A stretch of 64,000 nt of DNA from Amphiscolops sp. MND2022. Lineage: Eukaryota. The position numbers and the translations under genes were made by a program. The stretch covers positions 41,044,001 through 41,108,000 of the forward strand of contig OZ076419.1 of the NCBI GenBank assembly GCA_964187785.1, in the 5' to 3' direction. The notes beneath the pieces were generated by a model that made no database searches, was not told where the DNA came from, and worked only from the letters and a program-made list of their open reading frames with translations. Below, one piece after another: positions 13,579 through 27,191 of this stretch (the stretch's first letter is position 1; the number at the start of each line of letters is the position of its first letter).

Positions 13579-16500
13579 TGTCGTAAAGTGGTTTGAAAAG
13601 ATTTTGTTTTAAACTCAGTTCAATTTAGGTTCTCGTTTTATTTCATTATGGTCCGTACAATACAGTAAAATAATATTCAAAATAATAGTTGATACCAGTT
13701 AAAATACAAGTCTATTATGTAAGAGTTTACTTGAGTTCTTTCACCGGTCATCGGTAACGCATATTGAAAGTTTCCATTCTTCGGTGTTATATAACCGAAC
13801 CTCGGAACAAATGAAATTGAAGTAGCTTCTTCGGTAACAAACGGTAGTTGTTTACCGAATAACAACAAGTGACGATGACGTCACCACATCCCCTCTTTTA
13901 GTTGATTCATGCGAATCCTGCTTGATACTTCTGGGTTTGGGTTCGTAGTCGTTTCGGTCTATCATTGGTTATCGCAGTATGTTCTTCGGTCAGCACCGGA
14001 CTCAAGTTATCAGCGTTACTAGTCTTCAGGGTGACTGGATCTTGAATAGCATCATGTCCAATGTTTGGTTGATGTTCTACTTTCACTACGGTTGATGATG
14101 GTAGCGATGCGATTTGTCCGTCACTAGCCAAAATTGTTCGGTTGTTGTCATGAAGCCAGGCCGTGTTTCGTCCCTTCCGGATAATGTAAGTCAATTCTTT
14201 CGACTCATGGTTTGAAGTGGGTTTGTACATTACTTTTTCACCAACTTCATAAAAACCAACAACAGGGTTTCTCGAGTTTTTTCCAAGTAGTAATTTGGCA
14301 GGAGTGTCACCTCTAGCATTGGAAGAATTTCTGTGACTGAACAAAATTTTATCAATATAAGTAGTCAATGAACAACCAATGTCTTTATTGTAAAATTTCA
14401 GGCTTCTTTTCAATGTTTGAACAGCTCTCTCGGCCAGTCCATTGCTTCTCGGTGAATACAAAGGTGTGTCAATCTTTTTGCATCCTTTTGCTGCCAACCA
14501 GTCTTTCAGGTCTTTGGATACAAACTCCTCTCCGTTATCGGACACAACCGTATATGGTATTCCAAACCGAGAAAAGATTGATCGGAGACATCTGACCACG
14601 TTCCGCGTTGATCGGTCCGTGCACGGGAAAGCTTCCAGCCAACCGGACCCAGCATCAGCAATAATCAGAATGTTTCCGTGTTCTGCTTCATAAAGCCAGT
14701 CCATATGCAGTCTTTCCCATGGAGCGCATTCTTCCCATTTGTCAGTGAAATCAGTCAGTCTCGGTCGGTTTTTGCTGCATTCGGGACAGTTTTTGACATA
14801 TTGTTTGATATCGTTGTCCATAAAAGGCCACCACGCTTTATTTTTCACCAAGTTTTTCAAAGCATTGATTCCTTGATGAACGTCGTGAAATTTTCAATCA
14901 CTTGTTTTCGGAATGTATTTGGTATAAAAACTCTCGATCCATTATATATCAAGTCATTTTGTACTGTTAAGGCATTTGAAACATTCATAAAAGATTTCTC
15001 TATTTCGGTACAGTTTTTCCACTTACCGGTTCGGATTCGGTTCATCATCCGCTTTGTTAACTCATCCGACTGCATCTCTTTCCGTAACTTCTCGGCATCA
15101 ATCACGGGTTTCTCGAATGTAGCCATTGCTACCGCAACTAAGTCGTCTTCCTCGTCTTTGAACCGTAAGCGTGACATTGCATCGGCATGACCAATATCTT
15201 GACCGGGAGTGTATTGTACATCATAGTCATAGGCCATCAGAGTTATTGCCCATCGCGCAAGTCTCGCTGATACAACTTTCGGTATCTGGTTGCTCGGATT
15301 GAAGACATATTTTAGTGGCTTGTGATCTGTTTTCAAAGTGAACTTCCTCCCCAATAGAAATTGTTGAAGTCGTGTCACTGCGAAAGCTACAGCAAGAGCT
15401 TCCCGTTCAATATTGCTGTACTTCTGTTCTGCCGATGTCAAGTTTCGAGATAGGTAGATAACCGGGTGATCATTCTGCGTCAATACACCACCAAAAATTT
15501 TTTCGGATGCATCAGTTGTTAGAGTTACTTCTTTGTCCAATGTGTAGGGTTGTACCAATGGTTTGCTTGTAAGCTCATCTACCAGTGACTGGAATGCCCT
15601 TTGACATTCATCGGTCCACTTGAAAGGTTTATCTTTTTGCCGGAGTTCATTGATACACCGCGTCTTGACTGCATAGTTTGGAATCATTCGCCTAAAGTAG
15701 TTGATAAGTCCGATAAAAGCTTCAACTTCTTTGACATCCTTTGGTGGCTGCAATTGAAGAAGTTTTTGAACGTGTGTCTGTTCAGGCTTTACTCCTTCCG
15801 ATGAAATTTCATAGCCCAAAAAGGATAACGTTGTCGAGAATGATACGCACTTGTCTTCATTAACGGTGAAGTTCTTTGCTGCCAGCCGTTCTTTGACCGC
15901 ATTGTATCTTTTCCGGAGTTCGGCCTCGGTTACACCGAACAACAAGATATCGTCTTGATATGCGACGCAACCATCCAGTCCTTTGAGCACTTCTTCGATA
16001 GCTTGTTGGAAAATCGCCGCTGCATTTTTCAATCCTTGTTGTAACCGGGTGACTCGAAAGAGGCCTCGGGTTGTATTCACTATACACACATATTGCGATT
16101 TTTCATCAAGTGGAATTTGCCAATAAGCATTAGATAGATCAATTTTCGCAAAGAATTTAGCGCCTAACACTTTTGAGGAAACGGTTTCAATACAAGGGAG
16201 GGGGTAAGCTTCGGTACTAATTTTATCATTTACATGTACTTTTTAGTCAGCACACATTCGTAGTTTATCACCTTTTTCCACCCACACAACCGGGGAGCAA
16301 CTATCTACACCAACGGCTTCAACCGGTTCAAGAATTCCCAACAACAGTAATTCATCAATGGTTTTGTTGACTTTCCGTTCAAGTGGCAACGGTACCTTCC
16401 GTGCCGCGCAAAACATTGGTTTAGCATCGGGTTTCAATTTAATGGAAACTTTAGCACCTTTCACTTTTGGTAACTTTTCGGATACTTCTGCTTTGAAGGG

Positions 16501-18131
16501 CCGTTCAACGGACTCTTTGCTATTATTTATTACATCACGTCCCAACAAACCAAAATTTCTATCAGCATCAACATGAGCAATGTTTACATTAAGCTCTTTG
16601 TTATTATAAAACACTGTTGAGAAGAAAGCACCGAGATATTTCATTTTATGTTTGTCATTTGTTTCAATTCCGGTGTTCTTTTCGTCAAGTTTCGGTTGCC
16701 AAATTTGCTTCCACAGCTTCTTTGAAATCAGCGTCAGTGATGCTGCAGTGTCTTCCATCATTGGTATTTCTTTACCGTTCACTTTGATTTTCTCCATTGT
16801 ACCATTCTTGATATAGTCGGTATGCCCATTAAAATACGAATTGTCGGAGGTACTGCCATTGTTTTCTTCGATATTCGCTTCTTTTCCAACAAAATGGTTT
16901 GTTTGTTTCTTCACCCGAAACACTTTTCCGAAATGGTTCGGCTTCTTGCAGTTGTTGCATGATTTGCCGAAGGCCGGACAACTCCTTGGTTCATGCCTCG
17001 TTCCACATTTCGGACATTCTTTGGCTTTGTGGTGGATGCCGGTTGAAATTTTGCCACTTCAGGTTGTCTTCTTTCGTGATTGACCGTTCCGCGCAAAGGA
17101 AACTGTTTCATTCGGTTCGTTCTGTTTATTCACAAACTGTACAGATTGTTCACGCTGCTGAATAACCAACAAAATGTCGTCTATTGTAGCGTCCGGGTTT
17201 TGTTGAAGATGTTCCAAAACTTTTGCGTTCGGAATTTTGTAATCCAGCAATAAAACGTAACCGTATTATGTAAGCTTCGGGATCAGCGATAGTTTTCAAA
17301 TTACCGAACTCACAATATTGTGCTGCTTCTTCAGACGTGCCAGAAAATCCCCCGATAATTCTCCATTCCTCTGGGTAATAGCCACGAATTTTGTTTGTTC
17401 GGCAATAACAAGTCTTTTTCTCGGCTGCAGGTAATTTTCCAGTACCGTTTCAATTTCATTGAAAGCCATTGTTTCCACTTTTGTCGGTGCAACAAGCTAT
17501 TTGACTTTCATAAGACTTTCCACACCGCAACGGAAAAGAAATTGATCCGTTACTTGTAGATCGGCCGGTGTTGTTCTAGCTGCCGGTACATCTGCTTTCT
17601 TTTCCGCCCGACATCGTGCTCTGAATGCATCTTTCCAGGCTAGAGCAGCTTCGAGTTTGTGCAGATTAAGTTGCTTTTTTGTCTCCGTTGCTTGCATTTT
17701 GATAAGTCTACCGAAAGAATTGACTCTAATCTTCTCCCTTTTGATTGAAACGGAATAACGGTAAGAAATCTTGTTTCTTTTGCGATCAATTTTCAAATTT
17801 AAAGGAATTTCGGTGGTCTGGACACCATTTGTTGTAAAGTGGTTTGAAGAGATTTTATTTTAAACTTTAGGTTCTCGTCTTATTTCATTATGGTCCGTAC
17901 AATACAGTAAAATAATATTCAAAATAATAGTTGATACCAGTTAAAATACAAGTCTATTATGTAAGTGTTTACTTGAGTTCTTTCACCGGTCATCGGTAAC
18001 GCATATTGAAAGTTTCCATTCTTCGGTGTTATATAACCGAACCTTCGTAACCAATGAAATTGAAGTAGCTTCTTCGGTAACGAACGGTAGTTGTTTACCG
18101 AATAACAACAAGTGACGATGACGTCACCACA
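13579..18131 (-). mobile_element. Full-length Gypsy (Mag-like) LTR retrotransposon with two LTRs and 5-bp TSD
   Basis: LTRs at 13579-13888 and 17830-18131, both TG...CA. TSD TACAT at 13574-13578 and 18132-18136. PPT AAAAGAGGGGA at 13899-13889. PBS-like TGGTGTCCAG 2 nt after the 5' LTR. Domain order gag-PR-RT-RH-IN. Confidence 0.97.
13907..17480 (-). pseudogene. gag-pol polyprotein of the Gypsy element, disrupted
   Basis: Knuckles CPKCGTRHEPRSC and CNNCKKPNHFGKVF read in frame into PR (EDTAAS). Premature TAA at 16245-16243 (CAD*KVHVND). RT with YQDD (15960-15949), RNase H TDAS...EREALAV...TDHKPL. A 1-bp frameshift near 14890 lies before the IN HHCC finger. IN core LHMDW...VSDNGEEF...GLAERAV. 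Further frameshifts in gag. Confidence 0.93.
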
Positions 18132-18434
18132 TACATCATCTAAGAAACTCAACGGGGCCAAAGGGTACTCCCTTAGAGTATTTTCGGCTCTGAGACTTTT
18201 TTTCGAAAAAAAAATCACCGAAGGGCCCCCCTTCATTTTTTTGATATTTTCCGACAGAATGGATGTTGAAAAATCCCAAAGGGCCCCTCTCAGTTTTTTC
18301 GGCATTGTGAGACTTTTTTCAATTTTTTCATAAAAGGGTCCCCAATTCACCAATACTTTGTCATTTTGAAGTCCTTTTGCTATTATTGAGCCTTAGATAT
18401 GGCGGCGACTTGGGCCGTTCCCGGCTTGTTTAAA

Positions 18435-18730
18435 AATGCTTTCCTGGCAAAGATCTTAAAAGAGTCTTGCAATTTGCTACAAGATAATGCATCTTCCTTG
18501 GATCTCTTGAAAGAACCTTTGCTGAAACTGCATTCCTTTCAAGAGCCTTGCTAGCAATGCACTACTTGCAAAGATCTTACAAGATTCTTGCAATTGCCTT
18601 AAGGAGTCAGTTTCTTAACAACATCTTGCAAGGAAGGTGTTTCCTTGGAAAGTCTTACACAAGGATTTCATGTCCTCGTAAGATTTTTGCAAGGATTAAA
18701 TTTACTTGCAACATCTTTCGGAGAATGTAT
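18435..18730. repeat. CTTGCAAG-rich dispersed repeat (related copies at 39979-40145, 41800-41960, 42530-42680)
   Basis: Dense clusters of TCTTGCAAGA / CTTGCCAAG / GATCTTG motifs at all four loci. Confidence 0.55.
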
Positions 18731-19207
18731 TAAATCCAATAAATGAATTTTATTGCAAAAAATAACTGTATTTCAATTACAATAAGTTATAAATGATTTC
18801 GAAATATAATTACACGAATATGTATAGTAATTTGTCATTGATTTACCTGTAAAGCAGCAACGAAGGATAAAATTTGTACAAAATCGCGACAAGATTTCGT
18901 TACAAAGCTGTCGCTGCAATGAATTCAATAGTCGAGTTGGATCTTCGAGTTCGAAGATCTTTCCGTTTGATGCCAACTTGAGAAAATCTGAATTAAAGTC
19001 AAACATCCAAAGCATCACGTGAGGCCAAACGTACATGCACAGAGGTCTATACAAGGTCAGCGAAAGTCCAAAGTTCATTTATAACTAAGGTCAACTTGAA
19101 ACTGGTTCGGGTCAAAAGCAGCCCAAATTAGAGTTTGAAATGACGACGAGCAGAAGCTGAAAAGTGAAACTGCGATATAGAAAAGATGATAATAGTTTGG
19201 TCGCTTC

Positions 19208-22200
19208 CTATTGGCTAATGAAATGATAGCTTGTGATTGGTTGATTGTCGATGGACGAGTTGTTCGAAATTTTGAATAGCTTGAAGTTTTTGTTGGTTAG
19301 CACTACATCGACTGCTTGAGCCGACGTGAGAGGCGATTTAACTGCTTCGTTCAGCGGGTAGTTCTGATAATACTGCAAAGAATTGCTTTCCGAGTTCATA
19401 GAATCTTCCGAAACTTCTGAAACGTCTGTAAATCCAGGTCGTTCCGCATCTTCTGAACAGTTTGAGAGGTTAAACAGTTTGTTGATTGTTCTTTTTCGAC
19501 CGCTGACCTCAATTTTCTGGCCGCGGTTGAACGATTCCAGAAGAAGATAGTTTGAGCTGGAAAATTCCGACGGGGAGTTATGTAACTGTTTGTTGCGTAA
19601 TGTCTCCACCTCGTTCAACAGACCAGGAATATCGTAAAATTTGCAGTCTTGCACCAACTGGTCGAAGTCTTTGAAGTCTTCAGGTAGTTTTAGACTGTCG
19701 TTTCTGAAACATACGCACGGCTCTGCAAATTTAAATCCAAACTATTGATAAGTATGACTCAAAAGTCTTCAACCCGGAACCGTAAAACACAAAAAGTCAA
19801 ACCTAAACCTTAGTCGTTCTTTAGTTCACTAAAACTGTGAATGAATGATATTCAGCATGGCTTTTTCTAACTGGAAACATCAAAAAAGCAAATTAAGGAC
19901 TTCCCGATCGATTAAAACAAACTCGACCAAAAATTGCACAGTGCCAAAGAAACACCCAAAATGGAACCCTTTGATCTTTTACAGCTTTGCCATTCATGAC
20001 ATTGTAAAAAAATTGGACCCCCAGCTGAAATTAAACTCCGTCTTTTTGCTTGCTTCGGAAACCAACGTTGTGTAACTTTTAGGCCAACCAACTGTAATAT
20101 CGACCGCTCTATGCATTTTCATCGTATTCGCATCTGTCTTTAATTTAATACGTGACTATATTAGTCAGACATTTTCAGTTTTAACTAAAAGCGCTGGCTA
20201 TAAACACAAAGAGTCAAGCTAATTCCTAGATCAAAGCTTTTAATTGGCTCAAAAAATTTACCAGAGATCTTATACCTCCTGACCTATAAAATTTCTTGAC
20301 AACAAAGATCAATTGATGAAGCGTTTAAATTTCATCAATGACGTATATATACACCACTGATAATAGGACTTCTCTGCCTTTTAGAGTGTGGCCTTTTGCA
20401 TGTGCCAGATAGCATGATAGCTATTTGAGAGTTGGTGATAGTTTTTATGATACGTGGACGGGCGCAAGATTGTTCAATTTGCGAAATGTTAATGTATTGG
20501 GCAATTAGTCAGATTTTATCATATTCATGATTTTTTCTGATCAAACCCTATTTGATTGAATTTACTTCTATTGGATTTAATCATTGAATTATTCTCGAAT
20601 TCATGAAGTATTCACGATTGAATTCAACCTCAAGAACCTTCGAATAGCCCCTCAATTTCTTCGAATAGAAGTCGCGTCCGAATATAGGCCGCCCCCGATT
20701 AGAAGCAGTATTAAGCCTGAAAATTTCATCCTAAAAACTAGAGCTTACAGTATTTCTTCGAATATAGGCCGCGAAATCGCTAGGGAAAATTTTACAAGTC
20801 GCGGCCTGTATTCGAAGAAATACGGTAATTGTTTTTTAGTCGGCGCTTCATGAAGTGAAACGCGACTATACTAGTGACTCTTTTTTAATCCACACAAACT
20901 GACCAAAAGAGTTCTACCAAAAATTCTACAAATTTAATGGGACCAAATTGTACTATTTGGCACAGGGAACTGAACAATATTAGCGCAAGATACAAGACCG
21001 GACGAGACTAAGGGGTCCCCCTTCAATTTTTTGATAATTTGCAACAGAATGAATGTTAAAAAATCCCAAAGGGTCCCCCTTTCACATTTTTAGGCACTAT
21101 GAGACTGTTATAAATTCTATTTTTCCTCAACAAATATCCACCGAAAAAAGTTTTTCAATACTATCCAAAGTTTTGACGTTTTCTCCGAAGAAAGTTGCGT
21201 TGTGTGTCAGGACATTTCGTCCTATGCAATTTCAACCTATGCAATTTCAACCGCTGCCAATTCAACCGTTTACAATTTCAACCGCATGCAATTTCATCAG
21301 TTCACACTTTCAACCGTTTGCAATTTCAACCTACGGCAATTTCAACCTATCACACTTCCACCTAATTGCTCTCAAACCGTGCTAATTATGAAAGCCTTTA
21401 TGGTAATTAGTAAAGCTATAAAAAGAGTCCATCAACTAACAATAATCTTTCACACTATGAAATGTGATAATTACTTGCAACGTTTTAGTAGTATAAATAG
21501 CGAAGTAAACTGAATTGTAACTAGTCCACACAACAAGTCCGATAATTTTGAATCTCAAAGCTCAAAATGTTATTTCAAATCATAAAATCAAATAGAGGGG
21601 GCAATATTGCAGTACACAACGGTTACTGTTACAATCAAAAACAAGTCACTTCAAGTTGCATTCATTGGAGATGCACAAAATACTATTCAATTAAATGCCC
21701 TGCCGTTTTGAAGACAAACCAGAACGTGGTCATTAGTTTGAAAGACAGTCACACTCATGAAAGCGACCCTTCCGAGTGTAAAGCGAAAGAAGTTGTTAAC
21801 CAAATTAAACAGAAGTCAGAGTCATTGACACCAACGGTGGCCATAGCAAGTGAAATTTCGGTAATCTCCGACGAATATGCAATCCAGCTTTCATTGCCGA
21901 AAAAAGAAAATTTAATCAGAACAGCTTGCCGCAAGCGACAAAGAGAGAATAGAATTGACGCCCCAACCCCGATTGATCGCCATTTTGACATTCCAGAAGA
22001 ATTCAAAACTTTTCTTCTGAAAGACAGCGGAAAAGATGACAGCGAACGAATTTTGATGTTTGGCGATACAACAATGAAAAATTCGCTTAATTTTTCAAAA
22101 ACATGGCTACTTGATGGAACTTTCAAATTATCACCGGACAATTTTTACCAAATATACACAATCCACATCGAGTTAAAAGGTTTTGCACCCCCTTGTGTTT

Positions 22201-24029
22201 ATTTGCTACTACCCAACAAAACAGAAAAAACATTCCCGAATGCTTGAATTGCTCTGCGAAGAAACAAACGCCAAACCTGATCGCATCCTTGCAGATTTTG
22301 AAAAAGCAGCATTGAACGCATTCAGCAAAAAATTTCCCGATGCGAACCAGTTCGAGGCCGCTGGCGAAGGAGTGGCAAGGACAACTAACAGCGTAGAAGG
22401 ATGGCATTATGGACTTCAAGCTTATTTCACTGGCTCCCAACCAAACGTATGGTTGCTTCTACGGAATTTGGAGAAAGATTCGAAAATGCAGAAATTTGAA
22501 TACCTTCAAGAGACGACTGGAATTGTTTGCTCCAAGCGCCCCCGTTATGAAAAAATCAAAAAACAGATGCAAGTCATACAAAGTGGCTACACTTTCGAGA
22601 ACGTCTTGCCTCATTTGCGAGCAGTCGCCAACTTTAGATGAAAACAATGAACTATTTTGCTGCATTGATTTGTTACTTTTTTGATATGATTCATTTTTGT
22701 GAGTGTGTATTTGAATTTCGCGTTTTGCTCAATTCAATTCTTACAATGGGAATAATTTTTAATCAGTTACAATTAACTGGCACCCGGTTGCGTCCTCCCC
22801 CGGGTACCCAAGTTTGGCGCACTACTCCCCATAACTGCTCTTTGATGTAGCCACATTAGAACCATGCCCGTGAAACCACAAGAGCGTGACAGAAGAATCA
22901 GACCAACCTTTTAAAGGAGTAGCACTTGTCTAAGTTGTTAATTGTAACTGAATGTTTTTTAAAAATGAGGAATTTTAATAGCGTTTAACCGAAAACTTTC
23001 TTATCACAATTGTTCAGTCAGTTCACTTTCACACTTTCAAATAGACGTCATCGATGATAAGTTTTTGATCGCGAATAGCATGTTGTTGAATGCTTTTTCA
23101 AAATGTGTCATACGATTACATCATTCTGTCCTTTTCGTACATTGCAAATTTTAGTGCAACGAAAGTTTCCAATGCGTTCAATATTATGCGTCTTGACAGT
23201 TTGTGTGCTTTTTATTTGCCGCGCGTCGATTATGTTCAATTAGTTTTAGGACGTTCGCAAAGAACGCAACGACCTTGAACTAATTAAAATAGGTTGAAAT
23301 GGCAAGCGGTTGAAATTGCAAGCGGTTGAAATTGCATGCGGTTGAAATTGCGTGCGGTTGAAATTGCAAGCGGTTGAAAGTGTAATAGGTTGAAATGACA
23401 GCGGTTGAAATTGCATAGGTTGAAATTGCATAGGACGAAATGACATGTAATCTCACTAAAGAGGAGGGGTTTGAAAATATTGCGCTATATCCGAAGTTTT
23501 GACATTATATCCGAACTATATTGCGTTTCACTAAGGAGGACGTTCGAAAACAAGCGCACCCATTTGGTGCTTATATTCTAACACTAATTGGGACGAAGCG
23601 GAGGACTTCGCGCAAAAAAATCTACCGCGCCCAGTCCAGCAGTTTGGTCTCCCTTTGGAGTTTTTCGGGTAATGTGGAAGAGAATACTTGACGCTTTGAA
23701 GTCCTTTTGCTATTTTTGAGCCTTAGATATGGCGCCGAATTGGGCCGTTCCCGGCTTGTTCACACTACCTGAGATAATTGAGTACATGTTGAAACACAGA
23801 GGGGTCCCTGTCTATGACGTAACACTGACGGGCGGGGTCCCAGTTTGGTCCATTTTCGCCTGCACCCAGGGTGAGTTTGTGAAGAGTGCTCTCGGGCGCC
23901 TTCATCAGGGTGGCGTTGGCAGTGCAAAAGACGGAGCCCCCCACGTCTATTGAACAGAATGGTGAGGGGGGTAACTGCAAGGGAGAGAACTCGCCCAAGA
24001 TTTCCGACAACAGCTGCTGGTCACCACCA
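19208..24029 (-). CDS. KCTD1/15-like T1-type BTB domain, two exons (24029-23769, 19703-19208)
   Basis: TTGCAG| acceptor, AG|GTAGTG donor (phase 2) and TTTCAG| acceptor join to give SIDVGGSVFCTANATLMKAPEST...YVIDRDPSVFQHVLNYLR|NDSLKLPEDFKDFDQLVQDCKFYDIPGLLNEVE. Stop TAG at 19210-19208. Confidence 0.9.
21210..23445 (+). mobile_element. Mutator-like (MULE) DNA transposon with long repetitive TIRs
   Basis: Left CATTTCGTCCTATGCAATTTCAACCTATGCAATTTCAACCGCTG (21213) is the reverse complement of the right end (to 23442). Both TIRs are arrays of AATTTCAACC. No TSD found. Confidence 0.9.
21567..22641 (+). pseudogene. FLYWCH-MULE transposase, frameshifted and internally deleted
   Basis: FLYWCH (HNGYCY...HWRCTKYYSIKCPA...HTH), then DGTFKLSP...YQIYTIH, frameshift near 22230, ADFEKAALNAF, and RTTNSVEGWH. 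The CxxH and insertion domain expected between KKFPDA and RTTN is missing. Confidence 0.88.
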
Positions 24030-24698
24030 CTGCAAAACAATACATAATTGATTTCAAAATTGATATAATTTATGCATTTCATCAAAATCATGATAAGACT
24101 TCTTGTAGCCTTTATGATGAAACATATTCAATCAAAAACCAGATTTCTTAACTTTAAAATTCTGCTATGGAACTGTTGAAGCAATGGCGGCTATATTATG
24201 GGAATTTTTCGAAACTAGGGAAAAACGCAAGTAACGCCTGAAGGCCAAGGCAAATTCAAGGAAAACCATTGAACATGGAACGCACACCAAGTTTACTCCA
24301 AGATATTGACACTTGTGGCCAATGTTTTTCAATGGATGTCAACTAGAGTTCACAAAAAGACACCACTAAGTAAAGTTTTGACACCACTAATCAGCAATTT
24401 AACGGATTAGCGGCGAAGAATTTTTCAGCGGTTCTCTTAGCGATTACAATTTGCGGCAACTAATAGATGGTCCAAATTCGAAATTTCCTCGGATAAGTAT
24501 AAAAATTCTAGCTTCCTCCTTTTGTGCAAAAATGAATTACATCATCGTTTAAATTTCAACCATTCTTGAATTCAAACATTTATTAATTTGAAGAAAATTT
24601 TCAGCGAAACAGCAATTTTGAAGTTTGCGGTTTAGCAATTAAAAATTAGTGATGTGAAAACTCTGAGGCAAATTGACCTTTCCATAAATGGCAATGAC

Positions 24699-27191
24699 CT
24701 GTTATGGATGTTGTTTGAGGGGTCGCTATGGTCCCTGTTCGGAGCACCAGCAACCGATGCTGTTGACCTGTGGTCCATGACGTCACTACAATTGGTGTCA
24801 CTGCTGCAGCCCCCTAGAGAAGGAGAGTCGCTGCGCCCTCGGCTGTTGACACCCACTGCTGGGCCGCCCAGCGACTGGTGCGGGGAGACGTGGGTGCCAC
24901 TCGACAGTTGGTTCGAGTTGGGCGCGATCGGCTAAAAACACAGACTATATGGGTTCGGCACTTTAAAGAAGCTCTGCGTATATGGCATTTCTGAAACCAA
25001 ATTTCTTAAAGAAGCAATAAGGCAATACACTGTTTTAAAACAAAAACTGATAATTATTTAATTGGAGTGAGGAACTTGAAGTTAGTGGGAGAAAAGATTC
25101 AGCAATCTCATATAGCCTTTGATTGGGGCGCTTTTGTCTGGTAACCGTGAAGTCATCAAATTGGATGTCATCACGTGTGTGTGCTTGTTTTGGGTTAAAA
25201 AATTCGGAAAAGAGTTCTAGCATACCTTATACTGGCTTTTGATTTTGTTGATTGTGAACTGTTTCAACTGCTGTTTGTACTGGTTAAGAACTCTGGCTAT
25301 AGCCATATACTCTCTGCTTCCGGCGTACATCTTGTTTAAACTGCCTCTGGGCCTCCCTCTGGCTTTGGGTCCCCCAACACCCCCCAACCCCCCTCCAAAG
25401 GAACCCCCCGACCCCACCAGACGGGGACCAGGAAGGATGGCGGGGTAGCTCCTCAGGTGCTGCAGCGAGTTCAACTGACTTCCAGCCACGCCACCCAAAG
25501 TGACACCCCTTTTGTTGTTGTCATCGTGAGTAGACAGGTTGGGAGTCACCATGGTGGGGAGACATGAATCCGAGTCAGTCCTCGCTCCTGCAAAATCGTT
25601 TCGAAATAAAAACGGTTTTTCTCCCACATTTTTCTCGATTTGATTTTTCCTACTTTTATAAATTCTAGATCAGAGTCAGTTTTTTCCTACTTTTATAAAT
25701 TCTAGATCAGAGTCAGTTATTGTTTTTGGGTATTATTGGTTATTTGGTAATATGATTAGCCTAATAACATTCCAGGCGCTTGAATTATTGGGAATGTTCT
25801 GGAATTCCATCAATACCTGCCAGTTCCATTGCATGTTGTTTTCTCCATCCGGGAGGTCTGCCCCTCCGCTTGTATACTGCGTTGCTATTGGTGAATTTGT
25901 TCATGGTGTTCACTGAAATATATTACTAATTAGATAATTAATCTATTACTTAAATAATTAATGAAAAATTGTGGCATTGGTTACTCACACAATTGCAGCT
26001 AGTTTTGTTGCATTCAAATTGTTGCAAAATGTCATCGATTTTATGTTTGAGAGAATGAACTAAAATCCGTATAAAACTCAACCGGCATTGGTGATTGCTG
26101 AGCGTTTATTTTTGAAGCGTTGCATTTGACACTAAAAGTCTTGCATTTATAAACCTAATGAAAGTTTTCATGGTAAAGCTCAAATGAAATTGGAAACAAT
26201 TCGACCCTAAAAATATGTTACCTGAGACCTTAACACAACTGACTTTTAAGCCTTACATATCTGATCTTTGATCTTAACAAAACTGAACTTTAACCTTAAC
26301 AAAATTGACCTTTGACCTTAACACAACTGACCTTTGACCTTAACAAAACTGGCCTTTGACCTTAACACAACTGACCTGCGCTGCCATTGTTTGAAAATGA
26401 GTCATTGTGGTGGGTGGGGTTATCACTGTTATTGACAGGTATCTGTTGGACAACAGTGGCCGTATTAGCCCCAAATTCTCCCACACAATTGAAGCCCCCT
26501 TCGCCCTCTGTGCCCTCGCCCCCCACCAACTTCATGTAGGACTCCACCGTCTCCTGACACTGAGAGGTCAGGTCAACTGGCAGGTCACCGCCCGAGTCCA
26601 TCTCACACGAATCGAACTCACTCTCGTCTATCTCCAATCCACATTCGCCCTGGAAAACAATTTCACACAGTCAATCATTCAATTTCATCCAGTGGGACTG
26701 TTATTGACACTGTAGGGAAGCTCTGCAGCTTGTGCGGTCCTATTATTCATGTTTGAAAAGAAAAAGAAGGCAAAGAAGTAGAGTTTTGTCAATTTCATCC
26801 ATTCAAAACACACCTGTCAAACAAACAAACAAGCTGCAAAGTTGCTTCAAAAAAGTGTGCATTTTTTAATGAAATGACCAAATGAATTTTTTCGGTTTGA
26901 TTCAACTTGATTCCATTGGGTTGAGGTTGGATATTTAGAAACCAATTGTGCAGATACAGTTCAGACATAGCCCAGTATCCGGAACAGAAAACCCGGTTGT
27001 CTTACTCCTCTAGATGCGATGTCATCAAGCTTGTCCCTGAGGTGATCTGGGTACAAATTATTGATGCCCCCCTCGGAGACGGAAAAAGAGTCATCGGCGT
27101 TTGTACCCGTGACCCCAGTTGCCTCTTTGACCCCATTGATGCCCCCGTTGACACTGTTGGGGGTCAGAGCTCCTCCACTCAGAACCTCGCT
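24699..27191 (-). CDS. Four low-complexity exons with an AT-hook upstream of the BTB exons (27191-27006, 26649-26376, 25587-25226, 24931-24699)
   Basis: All junctions are GT-AG and phase-compatible (0, 1, 0, 2). The third exon encodes GPKARGRPRGS (~25369-25340). An alternative donor at 24678 has the same phase. Confidence 0.75.
25644..25718. repeat. Direct tandem duplication, about 37 bp x2
   Basis: TTTTTCCTACTTTTATAAATTCTAGATCAGAGTCAGT occurs twice back to back. Confidence 0.9.
26222..26378. repeat. Minisatellite, about 21-22 bp unit
   Basis: About six copies of CCTTAACA(C/A)AACTGACCTTTGA variants. Confidence 0.85.

Larger units (their letters stand above)
13423..18430 (+). mobile_element. 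HINE family A copy split by the Gypsy insertion
   Basis: 5' end TTTTTAGTCGGCACC...CCCGACT at 13423. 3' end GGCGGCGACTTGGGCCGTTCCCGGCTTGTT at 18401-18430. Removing the LTR element leaves about 450 bp, similar to intact copies. Confidence 0.65.
20832..23760 (+). mobile_element. HINE family A copy split by a MULE insertion, in the last intron of the BTB gene
   Basis: 5' TTTTTTAGTCGGCGCTTCATGAAG at 20832. 3' GGCGCCGAATTGGGCCGTTCCCGGCTTGTT at 23731-23760. Both halves match the uninterrupted copy at 44599-45077. Confidence 0.7.

Noticed and set aside
14368-17165. Plus-strand ORFs inside the Gypsy element (for example 14678-15190)
   Set aside because: They are antisense shadows of pol with no independent motifs.
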